64,000 bases of DNA. Source: an uncultured Verrucomicrobiota bacterium (GTDB taxonomy: Bacteria > Verrucomicrobiota > Kiritimatiellia > PWTM01). Numbering within the stretch: position 1 is the first letter of the stretch; each line of letters starts with the position of its first letter. Both the position numbers and the translations under genes were made by a program. Positions 36,439-46,242 of this stretch are shown piece after piece. Below the pieces are notes generated by a model that was not told the origin of the DNA, made no database searches, and was given only the letters and a program-made list of their open reading frames with translations. The stretch covers positions 97,499 to 161,498 of the forward strand of contig CAZSUU010000005.1 in the NCBI GenBank assembly GCA_964610105.1. Reading direction: 5' to 3'.

Positions 36439-37499
36439 GTGGCGTCCTGCTTGATCACCTGCTTGGTCCGTGCCGCGGCCAGGAGGCGGTTCACCCACAA
36501 GTCCACCAGTTCGAAATACGTTTGCACACCCTTTTCGCCCCCGACGTACAGCGGCACGATAACGGCCTCGGCATTGACTCGCGCGGCAACGGTTCTGACC
36601 TGATGCTGATCGAAGTAACTCGCCGCCAGAAGAATGCGGACGTCTCGTCGGCGCATATGGTCGATGAGCCCCAGGACATGATTCGGCGAGGGCGGGATAC
36701 CCGGTTTCGGCTCCACCGTGCCGGCTTCCTCAAGCTCGAAGAGGGTGAAGAAGTAGACCCAGTTCTTATGATACGTGACGATCATCTGCCCGCGGAGGGG
36801 AAGCATCTGCTTCATCCATCCGTCAAGCCGTTCGATCAGGGGTTTGCCCTCATGGGTCTGCTTCTCGAGAAAGCCGTACAGCTTGCCCTGAGCGGCGAGT
36901 CTGGCCAGCGTGTCGCCGCCCAGCATCTCCACCAACGCCTTGCCGAACGTCCGTTCGTCCAGTTCACGGAGGAATCGTACCAGGCCTTCCTCGTAAACCG
37001 CCTTTCCGCCGGGGTCATTGGAGATGAGTCCGGCTGTGATGTTTCGCGCCACCGTTCTCATGTTGACCGGGCTGCACGTGATGTGCGGATTGCCGTACAC
37101 ATGGACCCCCCCCTCGGATCGTGACAGGACCTTCGGCTTTTCCAGGAGATCCAAGCCCTTGGCGACGGCCACATACCCCGACTGACCGCTGCGAACCCTC
37201 GCGTTTCCTGATTTGTCCACCACGGTCGGCAACCACATCTCAAGGTCCAGTCCCGTGTCCAGCAGCACATCGGCATCGCGAACCATGGCCACGAACGAGG
37301 GCTTGGGCCGGATGTAGTGCGCATCCTGGTCCCCCAACACGATCGCCTGAGCGTTTATCCGGTCGCCGCCGATCGCCTTCGCGATCACCGCATAGTCCGG
37401 CAATGTCGCGACCACTCGCAACGGTTTTTCCGATGCCCACCCTGGCACGGCCATTCCCGCCACTGTCCATCCCAGCAGAACCGTTCGATACATTCTCAT
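36435..37499 (-). CDS. Metal ABC transporter substrate-binding protein (ZnuA/TroA)
   Basis: 'DAHY..PKPS', 'GGVHVYGNPH', 'TYHKNW.YF', 'EPKPGIPPS'. Confidence 0.9.
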   Translation of the reverse strand: MRMYRTVLLGWTVAGMAVPGWASEKPLRVVATLPDYAVIAKAIGGDRINAQAIVLGDQDAHYIRPKPSFVAMVRDADVLLDTGLDLEMWLPTVVDKSGNARVRSGQSGYVAVAKGLDLLEKPKVLSRSEGGVHVYGNPHITCSPVNMRTVARNITAGLISNDPGGKAVYEEGLVRFLRELDERTFGKALVEMLGGDTLARLAAQGKLYGFLEKQTHEGKPLIERLDGWMKQMLPLRGQMIVTYHKNWVYFFTLFELEEAGTVEPKPGIPPSPNHVLGLIDHMRRRDVRILLAASYFDQHQVRTVAARVNAEAVIVPLYVGGEKGVQTYFELVDLWVNRLLAAARTKQVIKQDAT

Positions 37500-37535
37500 G
37501 ATAGAAGACCTTCTCCACGATCCCCCATTCGCAGT

Positions 37536-38789
37536 TCAGTAACGTTCGTGCTTGTGTGGTCCGGCCGCGAAGATGCACTGCAGCCAGACCACCCGCTCTT
37601 CCGGACCCGTCCCGTCCCCGTCCTGGTGATCGTACTCTGCCCGAAAATGAACGAATGGACTTTGATACCACGTGAGATAGGGGCCCACCTGCCAGCGGCG
37701 AGCGCCCTCCTCGGAGGCGATCATCGGGGAGAGGCATTCCGGGGCGGATGCGGCATAGGTTTTCACCGCAGGTTCGAAGTAGTCACCCCGAACGCCCACA
37801 CTCACCGTCCGCGACACCTTCGCGTCCACGTAGCTGTACATGCCCCAGGAATCCACGGCGTCCTCCCCCGAGCCATCGGGGGCGAGGATGTCCTTGTTCA
37901 GCGCATAGGCTTCCGTACGCCAGGTCACGCTCCGGTACCGCATGCGATCGGTCGGCTCCCACAGGAGCGTGAGATCCATACCGAATACCCAGGCGTCCAA
38001 GGTCTCGTCGATCGTGCTTTCGCCGACCGTCCACTCATTGTTCCTTCCGTAGAGTCCGCTGAATCCCATCTCGGCATAGGTGGAGGGGGTGAGATCCCTA
38101 AACAGCTTGTAATGAACCAGCCCACTCGGGATGTTGTCCGCGTTCTCGGCAAACACCTGGTCGTTGTCGCCATCCGTCACCTGGAAGATCAACTCCTGAG
38201 AATTGCCGGCCAGATCAGGCATGGCCCACTCGATCGAACCGCCGGTCTGATTCAGCCCGGCCGGCCCGAAAATCCGGCGCAGGGCCAGCGGGAAGTCCAC
38301 CTGATCCAGCCCGTGTTTGTGCCATCGGTTCACGACACCGAACTGCTGGCGAAACTTGCCCAGCGTCACGTTGACCTGCGGCAGTACTCCGAAGCGAGTC
38401 ATATAGGCTTCGCCCAGCACCGTCTCGTTTTCGCCGACGGAAAAGGCCGCCTTGAAGCGCGTGAACGGATCCAGATAGGCCTCCGCATGGATGCCAAGGC
38501 CGCGGAACAGGAAGTCCCACTCCTTGTCCGCCGTCTCGCTGTCGGTATAGGACCCGAGAATATCGCCCGTGATGCTGATCTCGGGGTTCAACGCCTGGAG
38601 TCCCAGCGCGCCGGAGGTAAACGTTTCCTCCTGCGGTGGTTCGACCGCCTCTGTCGCGAGTTCCGCTTTCGCCGCTCGACGCAAATCTTCGATCGAAGCC
38701 TCCTCGCTCGCCTCCTGTCCGTACACGAGGCTCACGCAAAGGAGCACAGCGAGACCGTAACCTGCCAGACCGCCATGCCATGGTCTCAT
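37536..38789 (-). CDS. Putative outer-membrane beta-barrel metal channel/receptor (no TonB plug evident)
   Basis: 'ALNPEIS..GD', 'GKFRQQFG..NRWHKH..DQVD.P', amphipathic strands, 'FRAEY', C-terminal 'FAAGPHKH'. Confidence 0.7.
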   Translation of the reverse strand: MRPWHGGLAGYGLAVLLCVSLVYGQEASEEASIEDLRRAAKAELATEAVEPPQEETFTSGALGLQALNPEISITGDILGSYTDSETADKEWDFLFRGLGIHAEAYLDPFTRFKAAFSVGENETVLGEAYMTRFGVLPQVNVTLGKFRQQFGVVNRWHKHGLDQVDFPLALRRIFGPAGLNQTGGSIEWAMPDLAGNSQELIFQVTDGDNDQVFAENADNIPSGLVHYKLFRDLTPSTYAEMGFSGLYGRNNEWTVGESTIDETLDAWVFGMDLTLLWEPTDRMRYRSVTWRTEAYALNKDILAPDGSGEDAVDSWGMYSYVDAKVSRTVSVGVRGDYFEPAVKTYAASAPECLSPMIASEEGARRWQVGPYLTWYQSPFVHFRAEYDHQDGDGTGPEERVVWLQCIFAAGPHKHERY

Positions 38790-38964
38790 CCAAACGTCCT
38801 TTCACAATCGTTCGTTTGCCTGTGACGATTTCCGCCGCCAGGGTTCCCCTCCGGCGCCGCATTCGGGACTGGTTCCTCGGCCGATCGCTCCACCGGGCAG
38901 GGTGGCGCACCCCCGACGCCCGTCAGCGAATCCGAGGGTTCTCCTGCCTGATTGGGATTCGTCA

Positions 38965-39588
38965 TCATGGCGCGAGCAGGTAGTCCGCGATCGCCCGGTA
39001 GAGAGTTGTCACGGCCAGAATCGCGCAATGCCGCCCCGCTTCCGGCTCGCATTCGCCGGACCTGATGAGTTCACCCGCGCTGATCGAAAGCGCATCCGTG
39101 ATGGACCGGCCCTTCGCCCGGCGTGCCACGGCGCGACCACACGAACGGGTATTGCCGCATCCCGTCGTATAGTACCGAACGTCCTCAATCCGGTCGTCGC
39201 GAATGACCAGGTCAAACTGCATCTCGTCCCCGCACAAGCCCTGGATCGAAGCCGAGGCCGTTGGGTCGTTCAACCGTCCGAAAAACTCATCGCGCTGCGA
39301 CTCATCCATCGACCGCTCCTTACGAGTACACCGCTTTTTCTCTCTCTCACGCCACACATCGTACCGCTCGACCAATCGCGCCAGAAGCGCCCAGCCTTTG
39401 GAGGGCCGATCGCTTCGCCGGGACATAGCCATGCCACGCCCCCACCCCCGGCCTCCGCTGTCCGCACCCGTTCCTCTGCCCCCGCCACGCCCTTGGCCTT
39501 GCCCCATTCCCCCGCCAGGTCCGCCACCCATTCCCCTGCCGGTCCCCGAACCTGCACCCCTCGGTCCCATTCCGTATCCTCTCGGCAT
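38965..39588 (-). CDS. Gly-rich DUF5320-like N-terminus in frame with NifU/IscU-like scaffold domain (internal start at 39309)
   Basis: 'MPRGYGMGPRG...GRG' then 'GLCGDEM', 'GCGNTRSCG', 'HCAILA'; AAGGAG RBS before both ATG 39588 and ATG 39309. Confidence 0.7.
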   Translation of the reverse strand: MPRGYGMGPRGAGSGTGRGMGGGPGGGMGQGQGRGGGRGTGADSGGRGWGRGMAMSRRSDRPSKGWALLARLVERYDVWREREKKRCTRKERSMDESQRDEFFGRLNDPTASASIQGLCGDEMQFDLVIRDDRIEDVRYYTTGCGNTRSCGRAVARRAKGRSITDALSISAGELIRSGECEPEAGRHCAILAVTTLYRAIADYLLAP

Positions 39589-39658
39589 AGCCGTCTCCTT
39601 CGTGTTGCGCGTCCTTTCATCTTCGCCGCCTTCGCGCATCGTGCCGTGCCGCAACCGC

Positions 39659-40687
39659 TTACCCCCCCAAAGCCATCACCAGCGCGCCGAGGGTCAGGCC
39701 AACCGCCAGATTGGTCAATTTGATCACCACGAACGCCCGGCGGGAATGGGCCAGCATCGGCAACATGCCGTGTCCATCCTGCACGATCGAGCTGGCCAGC
39801 AGCACGCTGAAAGGAACGAGGCCCTGGGCGAACAGGGTCACGAAGATCAGATGCGGCCCGGATTCGGGAATGAGTCCGACCAGGGCCGCCGTCACCAGCA
39901 CCATCCACGGGCTCTCTCGAATCACATCTCCGACCTGCCAATGGCCTTCGATCAAGTGCATCGCCAGAAGGGCGCCGAAGGTCCACGCAAAAACGCGAGG
40001 AACGTGACCGCGCATGACATGGCCCCAGAGATGTTCCTCCAGAAAATGATCCGGAACCGTGGCGACAATGAAAAGGGCCGCCGAGGTTACGACCAGGAGC
40101 GAAATACGAATCCAGTTCCATTCCTCCGGCCCCACTTGGCCGAAAGACACCGCCAGCAGGAAGAGAAGCAACACGGCCGTGAGGATCCCACGGCTCGAGG
40201 AACATCGGCGCCACTGCGACGAAATTTCCTTGCGTGGAAAGCAGCGACAATCCGCGTCTGCGTGCAACTGGAAATCGGCGGCGCAGGAAAGGTTGGTCGT
40301 GAAGCGATGCCCGAGCACGCGATCCGTCAGCGCGCCTGCCAGCCAGCCGATCACCAACAGCGCGGCGGTCAGCCCCAAGGCCGTCCGGGGAATCATGGCC
40401 AGCATCACGAAGGTTTCGTCGCCGCTGGTCGCCACCATGGCCGCCACGACGGCCCCCAGCGACAACCTGCGGTGCGCGTACATGGCGACCACGGCAAACG
40501 CGCCCAGGCAGCCGGGCGTGGCGCCCAGGAAGGAGGCCAGGAGGTACTGCCCCCAGGGCCTGCGACTCAACCGATCCTGCCACTGCCCCCGGGTCAGCAC
40601 GTTGACATACTCGATCACCAGCATCATCACGCCGACAAACGCCGTGATCATGAGGGCCTGTTTGGTCAACGGAATCATCGCCGTCAT
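39659..40687 (-). CDS. Putative manganese/arsenic-resistance permease (ArsP-like)
   Basis: 'LGATPGCLGAF', 'ATSGDE', 'DHFLEEHLW.H', 'IPESGPHL', 'QDGHG.LP'. Confidence 0.8.
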   Translation of the reverse strand: MTAMIPLTKQALMITAFVGVMMLVIEYVNVLTRGQWQDRLSRRPWGQYLLASFLGATPGCLGAFAVVAMYAHRRLSLGAVVAAMVATSGDETFVMLAMIPRTALGLTAALLVIGWLAGALTDRVLGHRFTTNLSCAADFQLHADADCRCFPRKEISSQWRRCSSSRGILTAVLLLFLLAVSFGQVGPEEWNWIRISLLVVTSAALFIVATVPDHFLEEHLWGHVMRGHVPRVFAWTFGALLAMHLIEGHWQVGDVIRESPWMVLVTAALVGLIPESGPHLIFVTLFAQGLVPFSVLLASSIVQDGHGMLPMLAHSRRAFVVIKLTNLAVGLTLGALVMALGG

Positions 40688-40817
40688 GTTCTCCAGCCGA
40701 ACGGCATTCCTTCTCCGACACGACGATCACGATGCCGTACGCGCCCGCCGGCCAGGCCGCGGGCCCCGCGGCCCGTTCGGGCCGATAGGCCGCGGAATGC
40801 CGATCGAGCCACAACAG

Positions 40818-41075
40818 TCATTTCTCGCAACCCGGCGTGTCGCAACGCGCGCTGCGTCCGCAACAGGTGCGGCCCGTCGCTTCCAGCGCACAGGTTTCCG
40901 TTCCGGAGCGGCGTGCGCTTCCCCCACCCTTGAGGAAGATGCTTGCGCCCGTCCCGATGAGCCGCCGCACCCCTTTCCCGCATTTCGGACACGTCTTGAG
41001 CGGGGGCGCCGATATGGGATGCATGCGCTCGAAATGATAGCCACAGTGCGTGCACTCGTACTCGTAGGTGGGCAT
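40818..41075 (-). CDS. FmdB-family zinc-ribbon protein
   Basis: 'MPTYEYECTHCG', 'CPKCG', 'FLKGGG'. Confidence 0.88.
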   Translation of the reverse strand: MPTYEYECTHCGYHFERMHPISAPPLKTCPKCGKGVRRLIGTGASIFLKGGGSARRSGTETCALEATGRTCCGRSARCDTPGCEK

Positions 41076-41078
41076 GGG

Positions 41079-41432
41079 TCAGTCCTTCATTCCTCGGGGA
41101 CGGTTCTCCTCGGTCACACGGACGACCACCGGTCGTCTCGTTCGGGCCTCCTCGTCACTCATCACGCCGAAGGCCATGACGATCACGCGGTCGCCGACAT
41201 GGCCCAGACGGGCCGCGGCGCCGCGCAGGCCGACGCGACCTTTCCCGCCGACTATTGCGTACGTTTCCAAACGCGCTCCGTTGTTCATGTTCGCGACCAG
41301 GACCTTCTCTCCCGGCAGGATATCCGCGGCCCGCAACAGGGACGTGTCGCAGGCAATGCTGCCCTCGTACTCGAGTTCCGCATCCGTGATCGTGGCGCCA
41401 TGAATCTTGCTCTTCAGCATCTCGCGCAGCAT
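41079..41432 (-). CDS. panD: Aspartate 1-decarboxylase
   Basis: 'MLKSKIHGATIT', self-cleavage site 'YEG|SI', 'NGARLETY', 'GAAAR', 'GDRVI'. Confidence 0.94.
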   Translation of the reverse strand: MLREMLKSKIHGATITDAELEYEGSIACDTSLLRAADILPGEKVLVANMNNGARLETYAIVGGKGRVGLRGAAARLGHVGDRVIVMAFGVMSDEEARTRRPVVVRVTEENRPRGMKD

Positions 41433-41434
41433 GA

Positions 41435-42634
41435 TCAGGCCTCCTTCGTGACCGGTCCCAGGGCCTGGTCAATGTCCGCCAGGAGTTCGGCCACCGGTTC
41501 GATGCCGATGGACAGGCGGACGGTATTGGGCTTGACGCCGAAGGTCGTGCGCCGCTCGGGCGGCATGTAGAGCATGGTCGTCAGGAATGGAATGCAAATC
41601 AGCGATTCCGTGGAGCCCAGGCTGACCGCATGACGGATGACGTGGAGCGCGGAGATGAACCGTTTGGCGTCTTCCTGCGTCCGGCCCACGTCGAATGCCA
41701 GCATGCCGCCGAAACCGCGCTTCATCTGCCGGACGGCGATCCGGTGGCCTTCGCAGGTCTTCAGACCGGGATAGCGCACGGCCGACACCCCGCGGCATCG
41801 GGCGAGGTGCCGGGCGACCGTCATCGCGTTGGCGCACATCCGCTCGGCGCGCAGGGAGAAGGTCTTCAACCCGCGTTCGAGCAGCGAGGCCGAGTAGGCA
41901 TCGAGAGTGGTCCCGATCGCCTGCCGGGTGAACCACAGCTTGTCGTAGTCCTCCTTCGACCCGGCGATGGCGCCGGCCATGAGGTCGTTATGCCCGCCCA
42001 GGGCCTTGGTGGCGCTGTGAACGACCAGGTGCGCACCCAGCGCCAGGGGGGATTGATGGTAGGGCGTGGCAAACGTGTTATCCACCACCACCATGGCGCC
42101 CACCCGTTCGGCCATCGCCCGGACCGCGGCCACGTCGATGAGTTTGCAGAGCGGATTGCTCGGCGTTTCCAGGAAGATCATCTGCGTGGCCGGTTTGATG
42201 TGGCGGTCCAGCCGCCGCCAATCCGAGGCGTCCACCCACGTGACCTCCACTCCCAGATGCTCGAGGATCAGGGAAACCTTGTAGTGCGCGCCGTAGATGT
42301 CGTGAAAGAGGATCACGTGCCCTCCCGCGCGCAGGTAGGTCAGGTACACCATGGTGCAGGCGGCCATGCCCGTGGTGCACACGACGCAGTCCTCCGCGCC
42401 CTCCAGCGCGGCGATGCGCTTTTCGACCGCCCGCACGGTCGGGTTGTCGTCGCGGTGATAGGTGTAGCCGTCGATCTCCCCGTCCGTGATCTTCCGCAGC
42501 ACCTCGAAGTCGAGATACTCGTAGTTCACCGCATTGACGATCGGGGTCACCATCGGGCGGTTGCCGTAGGGTGTCAGGGGATCGGCGGGGTGCCGCCGTG
42601 CGTAGTGGGGACGAGAGGATTTCTTTCTGGCCAT
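41435..42634 (-). CDS. PLP-dependent Cys/Met metabolism enzyme (cystathionine gamma-synthase/lyase or methionine gamma-lyase family)
   Basis: 'YHRDDNPT', 'TTGMAA', 'ETPSNP', 'DNTFATP', PLP-Lys 'HSATKALGGH', 'SLGSTESL', 'RLSIGIE'. Confidence 0.9.
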   Translation of the reverse strand: MARKKSSRPHYARRHPADPLTPYGNRPMVTPIVNAVNYEYLDFEVLRKITDGEIDGYTYHRDDNPTVRAVEKRIAALEGAEDCVVCTTGMAACTMVYLTYLRAGGHVILFHDIYGAHYKVSLILEHLGVEVTWVDASDWRRLDRHIKPATQMIFLETPSNPLCKLIDVAAVRAMAERVGAMVVVDNTFATPYHQSPLALGAHLVVHSATKALGGHNDLMAGAIAGSKEDYDKLWFTRQAIGTTLDAYSASLLERGLKTFSLRAERMCANAMTVARHLARCRGVSAVRYPGLKTCEGHRIAVRQMKRGFGGMLAFDVGRTQEDAKRFISALHVIRHAVSLGSTESLICIPFLTTMLYMPPERRTTFGVKPNTVRLSIGIEPVAELLADIDQALGPVTKEA

Positions 42635-42639
42635 ACGGA

Positions 42640-43638
42640 TCACTCCGTGGGACTCGCGCGATCTTCGCGGTCCCGGTTGGATTTGGGGGCGGCGCGGAAG
42701 TAGACTTCCCCCCCGCGCCACTCGGGTTGGATGCGATGCGTACGCACCAGTTCGCCCGTGTGTTTCGAAACCTCGTTCACGTGCATGCCGAACGCCTTCC
42801 CGATCTCCAATGTCGTGCATGGACGCCGTCGAAGCAGATCCAGAATGGCGGTCTGGCCGGCGGCGACGCCCGCGCCATTGTGTGCGGGGAAGCCGGCAAT
42901 GACCTTGCCCGGCGGTCGAAACGTTGCGGCAAGAACCTCCATGCCTCCGTGATCCAAGGGCAACACCGACTGCTCCGCGGGGGGGCGCACAGCCGTGTTG
43001 AGATGGATCTCATCCGGCGCCAAGGATTCGACGATCCGGGCGATCTTCTTCACATCCTCGGGACGGGAGTTCACCCCTTCGATGAGAAAGACCTCGATCC
43101 ACAGCCGGCCGTGGAAGGCATGCCGGAAGGCGCGTTGTCCCTCGATCACCCGCTCAAAGTCGATGCCCGGATGCGGCCGGTTGACACGCTGGAACGAGGA
43201 CTGATCCCATGCGCTGAGCGAAAGCTTGACGAGTGCGGCGTGTCCCGCAGCTTCTCGCACGTCCGGCAGCCAGAACAACGTGCCGTTGGACAGCAGGGCC
43301 GTCGGAATGTCGGTTCGCGCCCGGATGAACTGGAGCACGTCTCCGAACCGGGTGTGCAATGTCGGTTCCCCGGACCCGGAGAGGGTAATGTAGTCCGCTC
43401 TCGCGCCTTCTCCGATCCAATTCTCCATTTCCGCTTCAACGACCGCCGTCGGCACATACTCCCTGCGCTCGATCGTCCTGCGGGTGGTCCGCCCCAGCTG
43501 GCAGAAAACGCAATCCAGCGAGCAGGTCTTGAACGGAGTCAGATCCACACCCAGCGACCTCCCCAGCCGCCGAGAAGGCACCGGCCCGAACAGATACCGA
43601 TACTCGCGCCGCGCGCGCGTCTGGATGCCCGTCAGCAT
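42640..43638 (-). CDS. Radical SAM Fe-S oxidoreductase
   Basis: 'FGPVPSRRLGRSLGVD', 'CSLDCVFC', 'SGSGEPTL'. Confidence 0.9.
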   Translation of the reverse strand: MLTGIQTRARREYRYLFGPVPSRRLGRSLGVDLTPFKTCSLDCVFCQLGRTTRRTIERREYVPTAVVEAEMENWIGEGARADYITLSGSGEPTLHTRFGDVLQFIRARTDIPTALLSNGTLFWLPDVREAAGHAALVKLSLSAWDQSSFQRVNRPHPGIDFERVIEGQRAFRHAFHGRLWIEVFLIEGVNSRPEDVKKIARIVESLAPDEIHLNTAVRPPAEQSVLPLDHGGMEVLAATFRPPGKVIAGFPAHNGAGVAAGQTAILDLLRRRPCTTLEIGKAFGMHVNEVSKHTGELVRTHRIQPEWRGGEVYFRAAPKSNRDREDRASPTE

Positions 43639-44279
43639 GGCGAACCGCCCGGTTTCCTTCCGCGAATGACCACGAACGATCCCGCCCCAAATCCGGCCCG
43701 CACGGGGTCGGGCGCCCGCATGGTATCGGGATGCATGAAGAGTGTCTGGCAATAGTCCAGTTCTGTGAAGCCATTCTGGGCCAGGAGTTCCGAGACCTCC
43801 GACGTGGCGAACAGGTGCGCGTTGCGATAGAAAGCGCTGGATTGCCGTTGGCACTCGTAGTCCTGCCCCAACGGGCTCTGGCGATCCACGAAGGCCACCA
43901 CCGCACAGCCGCCCGTGCGAAGGACACGGAGCACTTCCTGAACGCTCTTCACCGGGTCATCCACAAAACACAGCGTGGTCACCATCAGCACGGCATCGAA
44001 CCGATCCCCCGGGAAGGGCAGATGCTCGGCTGTGCCTTCTATGGCGTGGACCCCACGCTTCAAGGCCGCCCTGCGCATGGCGGCGGACGGCTCGATGGCG
44101 GCGGCAATTCCAAACGAAGCCGCAAAATGGCCCGCTCCAGAGCCCACTTCAAGACCCTCGCATGTCGGCGGCCAGAACGTGCGTATCGCGTTCAACTCGG
44201 ACTGAAACGCCGCGGCGTGTCGTTCGAACCACGACTCGTAGCGGTCCGCGTGTTGTTCAAATGCTTCCGTCTTCGGCAT
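43632..44279 (-). CDS. Class I SAM-dependent methyltransferase
   Basis: 'YESWF', 'GLEVGSGAGHF', 'AEHLPF', 'EVLRVL..GG'. Confidence 0.88.
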   Translation of the reverse strand: MPKTEAFEQHADRYESWFERHAAAFQSELNAIRTFWPPTCEGLEVGSGAGHFAASFGIAAAIEPSAAMRRAALKRGVHAIEGTAEHLPFPGDRFDAVLMVTTLCFVDDPVKSVQEVLRVLRTGGCAVVAFVDRQSPLGQDYECQRQSSAFYRNAHLFATSEVSELLAQNGFTELDYCQTLFMHPDTMRAPDPVRAGFGAGSFVVIRGRKPGGSPC

Positions 44280-44301
44280 CCAGAAACCAGGGCGGAACAA
44301 T

Positions 44302-44658
44302 TTAGAAGGTGATGATCTTGTCGCTTTCGACAACCCATTGGGCCAGGTCGGGCATGGTCGCTTTCTCGGCGCCATCGAAGTACGGATGATTTCGGTGAAC
44401 GCCGCATCGAGCCATGCAGGTCCCGCAGACCTTGACCACGACGCCCCTGGAAATGAGAGCCTTGAGCATCTGCGACAGGTCTTGATCATAGCCTTCCGGT
44501 GGCTTGCACACGTCGCGCGCCAGGTCCACGGCATCGTTCATCAGGAAGATCCGCACCTCCTGCCCTGTTTCCAGCAGTTTCCCTGCCAGGCGCAGGCCAT
44601 TCCACGTCACGTCCGTATTGTCGTACGGCGGACGGTTGAAGACGATCAGGATACGCAT
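44302..44658 (-). CDS. DsrE/F-like sulfur-relay protein (YchN-like)
   Basis: 'NRPPYD', 'FLMNDAV', 'VCGTCMARCG', 'SDKIITF'. Confidence 0.85.
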   Translation of the reverse strand: MRILIVFNRPPYDNTDVTWNGLRLAGKLLETGQEVRIFLMNDAVDLARDVCKPPEGYDQDLSQMLKALISRGVVVKVCGTCMARCGVHRNHPYFDGAEKATMPDLAQWVVESDKIITF

Positions 44659-44666
44659 ATCTTGCG

Positions 44667-44903
44667 CTACTGCCGCGTCATCGCCGCGCCGCAGGCGGGG
44701 CACTGGACCTGCGTGCAAGGCACCCCGCGCTGGTGCGGCACGGACTTCCCGCACTTCGGACAGACGCACGTGCCGCCGGCGCCGAATCCCAGTCCGCCCA
44801 TCCGGCCCCCGCCCTGACCCCTCCCCATACCGCCTCCTCCGCCCATGCCCCGGCCGCTGCCCGGCCCGGCGCCCATCGGTCCCGTTCCATTTCCGCGTGG
44901 CAT
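44667..44903 (-). CDS. Small DUF5320-like Gly-rich protein with C-terminal zinc ribbon
   Basis: 'MPRGNGTGPMG', 'CVCPKCG...PC..VQCPACG'. Confidence 0.8.
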   Translation of the reverse strand: MPRGNGTGPMGAGPGSGRGMGGGGGMGRGQGGGRMGGLGFGAGGTCVCPKCGKSVPHQRGVPCTQVQCPACGAAMTRQ

Positions 44904-44912
44904 GTGCTTCCC

Positions 44913-45293
44913 CTATGGCTCTGACTTCTCTGCTTCGAGTTGTTCGATCCGCTTGCGGAGATCACCCAGCGTACCTTCCAGGAACTCCGCCTGGCCCTTC
45001 ATCGCGTCCAGCTGCTGCTCGCGGGAAGGCATTCCAGCCGGGGGCAAGGCTCCGCCCCACGCCGGCCCGCCCGCCGCCGCGCGCTGCCATCCGGTCAGGC
45101 CCGTGGCGTAGAACATGTTCCGCCATCCGCGCCCTCCTCCCCGACCGCCGCGCCCTCGTCCGAATCCCATTCCGAATCCGCGGCCGCCGCCTCGGTTCGC
45201 GTATCCGGGCATCCCGAATCCCGCGCAGAATCCCGCGGCCCTTCCGGTCATAGGCCCCATACCCAGGGGTCCCGTTCCATCTCCTGCTGGCAT
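44913..45293 (-). CDS. DUF5320 family protein
   Basis: 'MPAGDGTGPLGMGPMTGRAAGFCAG', 'GRGWRNMFYATGLTGW', coiled C-terminus. Confidence 0.88.
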   Translation of the reverse strand: MPAGDGTGPLGMGPMTGRAAGFCAGFGMPGYANRGGGRGFGMGFGRGRGGRGGGRGWRNMFYATGLTGWQRAAAGGPAWGGALPPAGMPSREQQLDAMKGQAEFLEGTLGDLRKRIEQLEAEKSEP

Positions 45294-45316
45294 GACTGTC
45301 TCCTTCTGTGTTTCTC

Positions 45317-45883
45317 TCACATTCGGCGCGGCCGTCGAGCGAGGCTCGCGCCCGCTCGGCCCGCCGCGCCCCTTTTCTGAACGCGCACGCTCTTCCGCCC
45401 GTAGCCGCGCCGGCCCCGCCGGCGGGCGGTTCCCTCGTCCACCTCGTCCTGCCACCCGTTTCGCGTCGCTTCGATCCGGTCGAACTTCGCGGTGTAGGGC
45501 TTGATGTCGAGGAGCGGCGTCCCGTCCAGGACATCCAGACCGTCCACGTAAAGGACACGGCCCGCGCGCCGGATCAGCCGCACGACGCTCAATCCGAGGG
45601 GATTCGGACGGCAGGGCGCGCGCGTCGCGAACACCCCCCGCTCCACGTCCTGCAGATACGGCTTCACGGTCAGCCGGCACGGTCCCGCCCTGTGGAACGC
45701 GTAGAGAAGGTATACGTGGGAGAATCCCTCCAGGTCCCGCAGGCCATCGGCGTACTTCGCGAGGACCTCCACCCGACCCCTGCATCCCCCGGCGTAGGCC
45801 GGCTGGATCGGCGTGCGCTCCGGGACCGTGTGTTCGCTGCGGATCGTCCCGATCGGCTTGAAGACCATGCCCCCGCGACTCAT
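45317..45883 (-). CDS. tsaA: tRNA (N6-threonylcarbamoyladenosine37-N6)-methyltransferase TrmO/TsaA family
   Basis: 'LEGFSH', 'GVFATRAPCRPNPLGLS', 'LDGTPLLDIKPY'. Confidence 0.88.
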   Translation of the reverse strand: MSRGGMVFKPIGTIRSEHTVPERTPIQPAYAGGCRGRVEVLAKYADGLRDLEGFSHVYLLYAFHRAGPCRLTVKPYLQDVERGVFATRAPCRPNPLGLSVVRLIRRAGRVLYVDGLDVLDGTPLLDIKPYTAKFDRIEATRNGWQDEVDEGTARRRGRRGYGRKSVRVQKRGAAGRAGASLARRPRRM

Positions 45884-46242
45884 AGCCAGTGCCCCTCCGC
45901 GTTGGCCGCCGCGGCCTCCTTCAACGCGCCGGCCTTGAACTGGCGGACGGCGTCGGCCACCGTGCCTTCGCCGGCCAGGTACATCTTGACGCCCGCCGCC
46001 GCGAGGACGCGAAACGCCTTGGGACCCACGTGGCCCGTGATCACCGCCTCCACCCCCAGCCGCGCGACCGCCTCCCCCGCCTGAATGCCCGCGCCCTGCG
46101 CCGCATTCAGGTTCATGGCGTTGTCGTGGCAGGCCCACTCGCCCGACTCCGTGTCGACGATCAGGAAATGCCGGGCCCGCCCGAATCGCGGATCGATGGC
46201 GCTCGACAAGTCCGTGCCCATGGACGCTATGGCAATCTTCAT
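45880..46242 (-). CDS. NifB/NifX-family protein (orange protein ORP-like)
   Basis: 'MKIAIAS', 'DPRFGRARHF', 'AQGAGIQA', 'GHVGPKAF'. Confidence 0.9.
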   Translation of the reverse strand: MKIAIASMGTDLSSAIDPRFGRARHFLIVDTESGEWACHDNAMNLNAAQGAGIQAGEAVARLGVEAVITGHVGPKAFRVLAAAGVKMYLAGEGTVADAVRQFKAGALKEAAAANAEGHWL

